Shown here piece after piece: positions 60,948 through 64,000 of a stretch of 64,000 nt of DNA (the first letter of the stretch is position 1; each line of letters starts with the position of its first letter). The DNA is taken from the NCBI RefSeq assembly GCF_009914755.1, contig NC_060927.1; one strand, given 5' to 3'. Below the pieces are notes generated by a model. That model made no database searches. It was not told the DNA's origin and was given only the letters and a program-made list of their open reading frames with translations. Made by a program: the position numbers and the translations under genes. Source of the stretch: the human T2T-CHM13v2.0 reference genome, Homo sapiens.

Positions 60948-61262
60948 TTCATTCCATTCATGCTGCTGTCACAAAATACTGGAGAGTGATGATATATAAA
61001 CAACAAAATTTATTTATCTCAGTTCTGGAGGCTGGGAAGTCCAAATCAAGGCCCAGGCAGATTTGGTGTCTGGTGAGGACTGCTCTCTGCTTCTAAGATC
61101 ATACCTTGGCGCTGCATCTTCCTAGGGTGATGAACACTGTATCCTTACACTGTAGAAAGGACAGAAAGGCAAATAGAAAAGTGAATTCACCCTCTTGAGC
61201 CCTTTAATAAGGGCTTTAATCTAATCCATAAGGGCTCCACTAATCACCTTCTAAAAGACTCA
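60948..61262 (-). mobile_element. MaLR LTR (MLT1A/MSTD-like)
   Basis: cagttctggaggctgggaagtccaaatcaagg...gtgtctggtgagg...ctaatcacct. Confidence 0.75.
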
Positions 61263-62416
61263 CATATATATCATAAAGTGTACTTAACCATTTCACAAAA
61301 CTCCTCCTCCTCCAGCATTCCCACATTCAATAAGTTTCACCACAATCTACCTAATCACTGCAGTCAGAATCTTGAGAGTGACCCACATCTATTCCCTCTT
61401 CTCATCTTCAGTAATGTAATCATATCTGAGCCATCTTCTACAGCCTCCTTTAACATTGTCTTGCTATAGTTCCAAGTATCACCTTTTCTGGTTGGGAGTG
61501 TCAGTATCAATCTAAATGATCTCCCTGTTTCCATCCTTGCTTGTCTCCTGTCTGTATTCAGCAAACGGAGTATGAATCAGTCGTTCAAATCACTGCTTAC
61601 AAGCTTTCGGTGGACTCCCATTCTCAAAATATTTGCATAGTTAAAAAAATGGTATTGCTTGGTTCTGGCCTTCCTCTAATGTTGTATGGCTTGCCATTCT
61701 CCTGGAGCTACCTAGGCTGCAGTTGCCTTCTTTTATTAACTCCTCCATTTACTCCCCAAGCTGTCTTTTTTGTCTGGCACACTCTTCCTTCCATGCTTCT
61801 CTTGTAATGCTCTTTATTATTCTAAAATTTTGAATTTCAATCCTCCTTTCTTCAGGGAAGTGCTCCCTGTATTCCCAGAGAAGCTGAGATGCTTATGTTC
61901 CTCCTGGAGATTTTTTACTTCCGTTTTTGTTATGCTACATGTGTAATAACTGGTGCACTTTACAAATGTTATAATAGTAGGAACCTGTGAGCATAGGGAG
62001 CATGTTTGTCATGTTCTTTGCATTTTCTCTGAGGCCTACTTTTATCCTTAGCCCTAATTCATATTTTTGACAGGACAAATGAGAGAATACATGATGCTCC
62101 CATATGTACTGCTTCATGTTCACCAGAAAATTATGTATGCTTTTTGGTTCATAATTGTTAGGAAGAAAGAATGAAGCATGTATTCTGCATATCTGTGGAT
62201 TTATGTTCATATTGACCCATACTGGACATCATTGTCAGTAATATTTTTCATTTAACACCTTACAATGTATTATTCATGTATTTGGAGAATAAGGTGAAAG
62301 CAAAGCTGAGAAGAATTGAAAGGGAAGATAGGAGAAGATAATAGACAATTTGTTCTTTGATTGTCATTGAATGCCAGTTACTTTACTCATTTCCCAATGC
62401 ATGTTTCAGAATATAA

Positions 62417-62910
62417 AGTAGTCCCCACTTATTTGGGAGGAATAAATTCCAAAACCCTTAGTTGATGCCTGAAACTGCAAATAGTACTGAATCCTATACA
62501 TCCTATATTTTTCCTATACATATAAACCTATGATAAAGTGTAATTTATAAGTTAGGCAGAGTAAAAGTTTAACAATCACTAATAATAAAATATGAAAATT
62601 AAGTAAAATAAGGGTTACTTGAACACAGGGGCTGTGATATTGGGATAGTTGATTTGATAACCGAGATGGCTCCTAAGTGACTAATAGGCAAGTACTGTAG
62701 ACAACCTGGATACGCTGGACAAAGGAATAATTTTGAGCAGGATGAACAGGATGCTACAGGATTGAATCATGCTACTCAGAATTGTGTGCAATTTATAACC
62801 TACAAATTTTTTATTTCTAGAATTTTCTATGTAACATTTTTGGACCACAGTTAACCTCAGGTAACTGAAACCATGAAAAGTGAAACCACAAATAATGAAG
62901 GACAGTTGTG
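62417..62910 (-). mobile_element. MER44B-like Tigger relic
   Basis: agtagtccccacttat...atgataaagtgtaatttataagttaggcag...aagtaaaataagggttacttgaacaca...ggtaactgaaacc. Confidence 0.8.
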
Positions 62911-62913
62911 CAG

Positions 62914-62917
<4 letters not shown>

Positions 62918-62952
<35 letters not shown>
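62918..62952 (+). repeat. (TG)n microsatellite
   Basis: About 17 uninterrupted TG units. Confidence 0.95.
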
Positions 62953-62954
<2 letters not shown>

Positions 62955-63197
62955 ATGTGTGCATGTGTGAAGACTTCATCAGACACAAAACTATGGTCAA
63001 GTCAATTACTAGCTGTCTAACTGTGATCAAATGACATACATTTTCTAAACATGTTCAACACTACCATACCAAAAAAAGAGAGAGAGAGAAATAGGCAAGA
63101 AGCAAAGGGCAACAGGTACCAAGTAAGTTCAAAGCCCAACAGAGAAAGCAACATTAAATCTTGTCTTAATGCTTGAGAATAATCTTCATCCCTATGT

Positions 63198-64000
63198 CTA
63201 ATCTTCCAGACAGACTGAGGCATGGGTTGGAAACCCAAGGCTCCTAGTGGCCCTGCTCTCATGGATTTGTTGGATACAGCCACTGCACATATGTCAGGAG
63301 TTGGAGTCAGGTGCCCGCAGCTCACCAAGGCTGGCATGGCACATTGGGGACCTTACAGGTCAGGGTTCTTACGGAAAACCTTGACACCATGGTTCCACTA
63401 AGCATTGCCATAGTTGAGGCTCTCTGCAGTGGCCCCAACCATGGCTCTGCTAGACATTGTCCTGGGGGAACACTATAAGGTTGCCCCACTTTTGTGACAG
63501 ATCTCTGCCTGGACCTTGAGGCTCACTGAGTAACTTTCAAAATCCTGGTGGAAAAAGTCATGCCCCCACAACTCTTGCACTCTGCACACCTGCAGAGTTG
63601 GCACCTTGTGGATGCCAACAAGACTTACTGCTTGTACCTTCTGGAATAGAGGCCTGAGTCACATTTGGGCATTCTTGAGCCACAACCGTGGCGGCCAAGT
63701 AGAGCTACATTGAAAGAGACTTGAGGCAGCCATGGCAAGTGATCCCCAAGTTCCCATGGGTACCCTGGGACCCTCCAATTTCCAATAAGATATTTCATAT
63801 TTCTGTCTAAGACCTCACCAGAATGGCTTTTACTCTTCATACTTCTACCAAGTTTCTGTTAATGACTACATCTATAATCTCTAAGACTAATGCTTTCTCT
63901 ACAGCTCTCTTTTAAGCCCTCACCAGAATTTTCTTTAATGCTTCGTACATGGCAATGCAGGCTTTTTTTGTGGCTTTTTCTGAAGGCTTTTTTCAGCATT
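63198..64000 (-). mobile_element. MaLR internal sequence (MLT1/MST-int like), runs off the window
   Basis: ccactaagcattgcc...ctctctgcagtggcccc...ctcttgcactctgcacacctgcag...ttcatatttctgtctaagacctc. Confidence 0.7.

Overview
AT-rich, CpG-poor simian primate (human/ape-like) genomic DNA that looks intergenic or intronic. I can recognise no host protein-coding exon, rRNA or intact tRNA, and nothing prokaryotic. The long ORFs in the track are LINE-1 ORF1/ORF2 remnants; the rest are Alu/LTR-derived or random. Much of the window is transposon-derived. LINE-1s: a full-length but inactivated L1PA (about L1PA7, minus, 24675-30850), a 5'-inverted L1PA15/16-like element (9197-11342), and an L1MA with both ends intact but ORF1 deleted (11458-16260) that carries nested LTR12 and THE1 LTRs. 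There are also eight Alus, several solo LTRs (THE1, MER4A, ERV1-type, MLT), MER DNA-transposon relics, MIR/L2 fragments and microsatellites. The most unusual structure is a 138-bp inverted repeat (29872-30009 vs 31189-31326, 137/138 identical by eye). It brackets the L1 5'UTR, including its sense and antisense promoter region and the ORF0 remnant, and suggests an invertible or gene-converting L1 promoter cassette. Subfamily names come from remembered consensus motifs and need RepeatMasker/Dfam confirmation.
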